From Protoeuglena noctilucae (Eukaryota), in assembly GCA_958009085.1 (NCBI GenBank), contig OY253680.1, forward strand, positions 124,001 through 188,000: a stretch of DNA of 64,000 nt, written 5' to 3'. The translations under genes and the position numbers were made by a program. Below, one piece after another: positions 62,454-64,000 of the stretch (positions are counted from its first letter, which is position 1; each line of letters opens with the position of its first letter). The notes below the pieces were generated by a model. That model searched no databases, was not told the DNA's origin, and was given only the letters and a program-made list of their open reading frames with translations.

Positions 62454-64000
62454 AGGAAACAGCCGGCCCTTGCGGCGCTGGCGTTCTCTGGCGTGCCTTT
62501 TCCGACTGTTGCTCTTCCTCGGCGAGGTCTTTGCGCGCCCAGTCCGCTGCGTTGAAGTTTCCTGAAGTCGCCCGTGTCCTCCTTCGCCTGCCGTACCGCG
62601 CCCAGTCCGTGTTGGTCAACTAGCTGGGCACCCGGGGCCCCGGCAACGCCTGTCCCGACAAACCGAGACGTGCAGGTGAAGGAAGCGCTGTCTTTGCACC
62701 GCGGGCGACCCCGCGAGCTGTGGCGGGGTCCCGGGGGTCCTGTGCAGGGTTGGGAATCCCGCGTGGCCCCCTCCGCGACGGGCCCCGACGACGGACCGCA
62801 CGCCGACGCCACGAGCGAGGCCACGGATCAAACAAATGCCCCACGGGGCCTGGGATTGTTGACCGCATGCAGCGAGCTTTGCCGCTCGGCGAGCGCGCGT
62901 GGGGCCGAAAGCCCATGTCCGGCGCGTCGCTTTTCTCCCAGCGCGGTTGTTCCGGCATCTTGTGGGCGTCTGGCCCTCGCCCGGGCGCTGCCCGACCCGA
63001 GTCGGTCGGGCCGGGAGTCCGCGGCCGCGATGTCCGAATTCCCCGCTTAATCTCCATTCCGTGCAGGTACCGAAGCGTGTCGGGAGGTCCCGCTGCCCGC
63101 ATACTGGAGCCGCGGGCCACCTGGGTGTCTTGCCAGCCGGGCCCCCGCGGCCGGCGCGTTGCATCGGGATCAAAGGTGCGGCGAATGCATCCTTATCGCC
63201 GATCTCTTCTGCTCAAACCAGACCCTCCCCGCTCGCGTCAGGGCGACGGCAGCTCCGGCCAATCGTCGCAGGGAATCGGCTTGACCCTGATAAGGGGCAG
63301 GGGGACGGAGCGCGCACAAGATGGGAAACTCTTGCTCGGGTAAATCGACGGCCCAGGCCGACGCGCCAGCGCCCACGCAGACCAAGGCAGGGAACCCAGG
63401 GAACAAGGTGACTCGCTGCGCGTGACGGGGACGTCCAGCGGGTTTATTTCGCCCTATACGGACGACTTCAGCATTTTACGACTGTGACGGCGCTCGCTCG
63501 CGACTCCTGGGCTCGCCGGGGACGCTGTCCGGCCACCGAACCCTGGCCCAGTCTGGCGTCGCGCGGGGCTCCCCACTGCCCTCCCTAGGCCATCAACCGG
63601 TCTTTTCTTCTTGTATTTAGCCCCGGCAGCGTGCTCTCAACCCCAATGGAGCTTGGCCCGGGGTCCCTTTCAGAAACACCCCGGGTTTCCCATGCTCTTC
63701 ACGTTTCCGCGTGGTTCCTGCACCACATACGCGGCAGACGTTTCCTCCTGCGGTCCTCGGCCTGCTCGTCGTTCCCTGCCGCAGCATTTCGCGGGGCCAG
63801 TGCTGTGACCTCTCCGCTCTGGCCTCCGCACCCGGCCCCCGGTCCCCCGTCTCCGTCGCTTTTTTGACTGTGCCATGGGGGACACGTGGGTCGTCCGCTC
63901 TGCGGGGTGCCCGGAGTCGTCGTATGGCGCCCCTACCTTCCTCGCATGTTGCTTGCCGCGCCTTGGCCGCGCTCCGAGCGACGCGTATCGGTTTCCGACC

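Noticed and set aside
62460..64000. Possible further gene (splice-like sites near 63068, 63176 and 63242)
   Set aside because: No recognisable protein in any frame; left unannotated rather than excluded.

Overview
GC-rich, intron-dense eukaryotic nuclear DNA, most likely from a chlorophyte green alga (inferred from a TIC100-like gene, a transit-peptide-bearing ValRS and the intron style). Reading exons by eye gives 15 spliced host genes: WDR70-like (partial), MYND finger + degenerate CCR4-type EEP, SLC25A38-like carrier, C-factor-type SDR, an orphan, a beta-helix repeat protein, an AT-hook/GATA/PHD chromatin protein, BRR2, fibrillarin, a DUF1826-type protein, an ABC1 kinase, TIC100-like, organellar ValRS, mitochondrial ACP and eIF2B-delta. 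There is also a complete-looking 5.57-kb TIR DNA transposon with a Plavaka/CACTA-type transposase and TT target duplication, and a box C/D snoRNA inside a fibrillarin intron. The most unusual signal is that about 14 introns in 6 unrelated genes carry diverged 'echo' copies of the adjacent exon end or start, usually with the splice site, and several differ from the exon mostly at synonymous positions. GC-AG introns are also very frequent. All exon boundaries and family assignments come from manual reading and remembered motifs; no database search was run.
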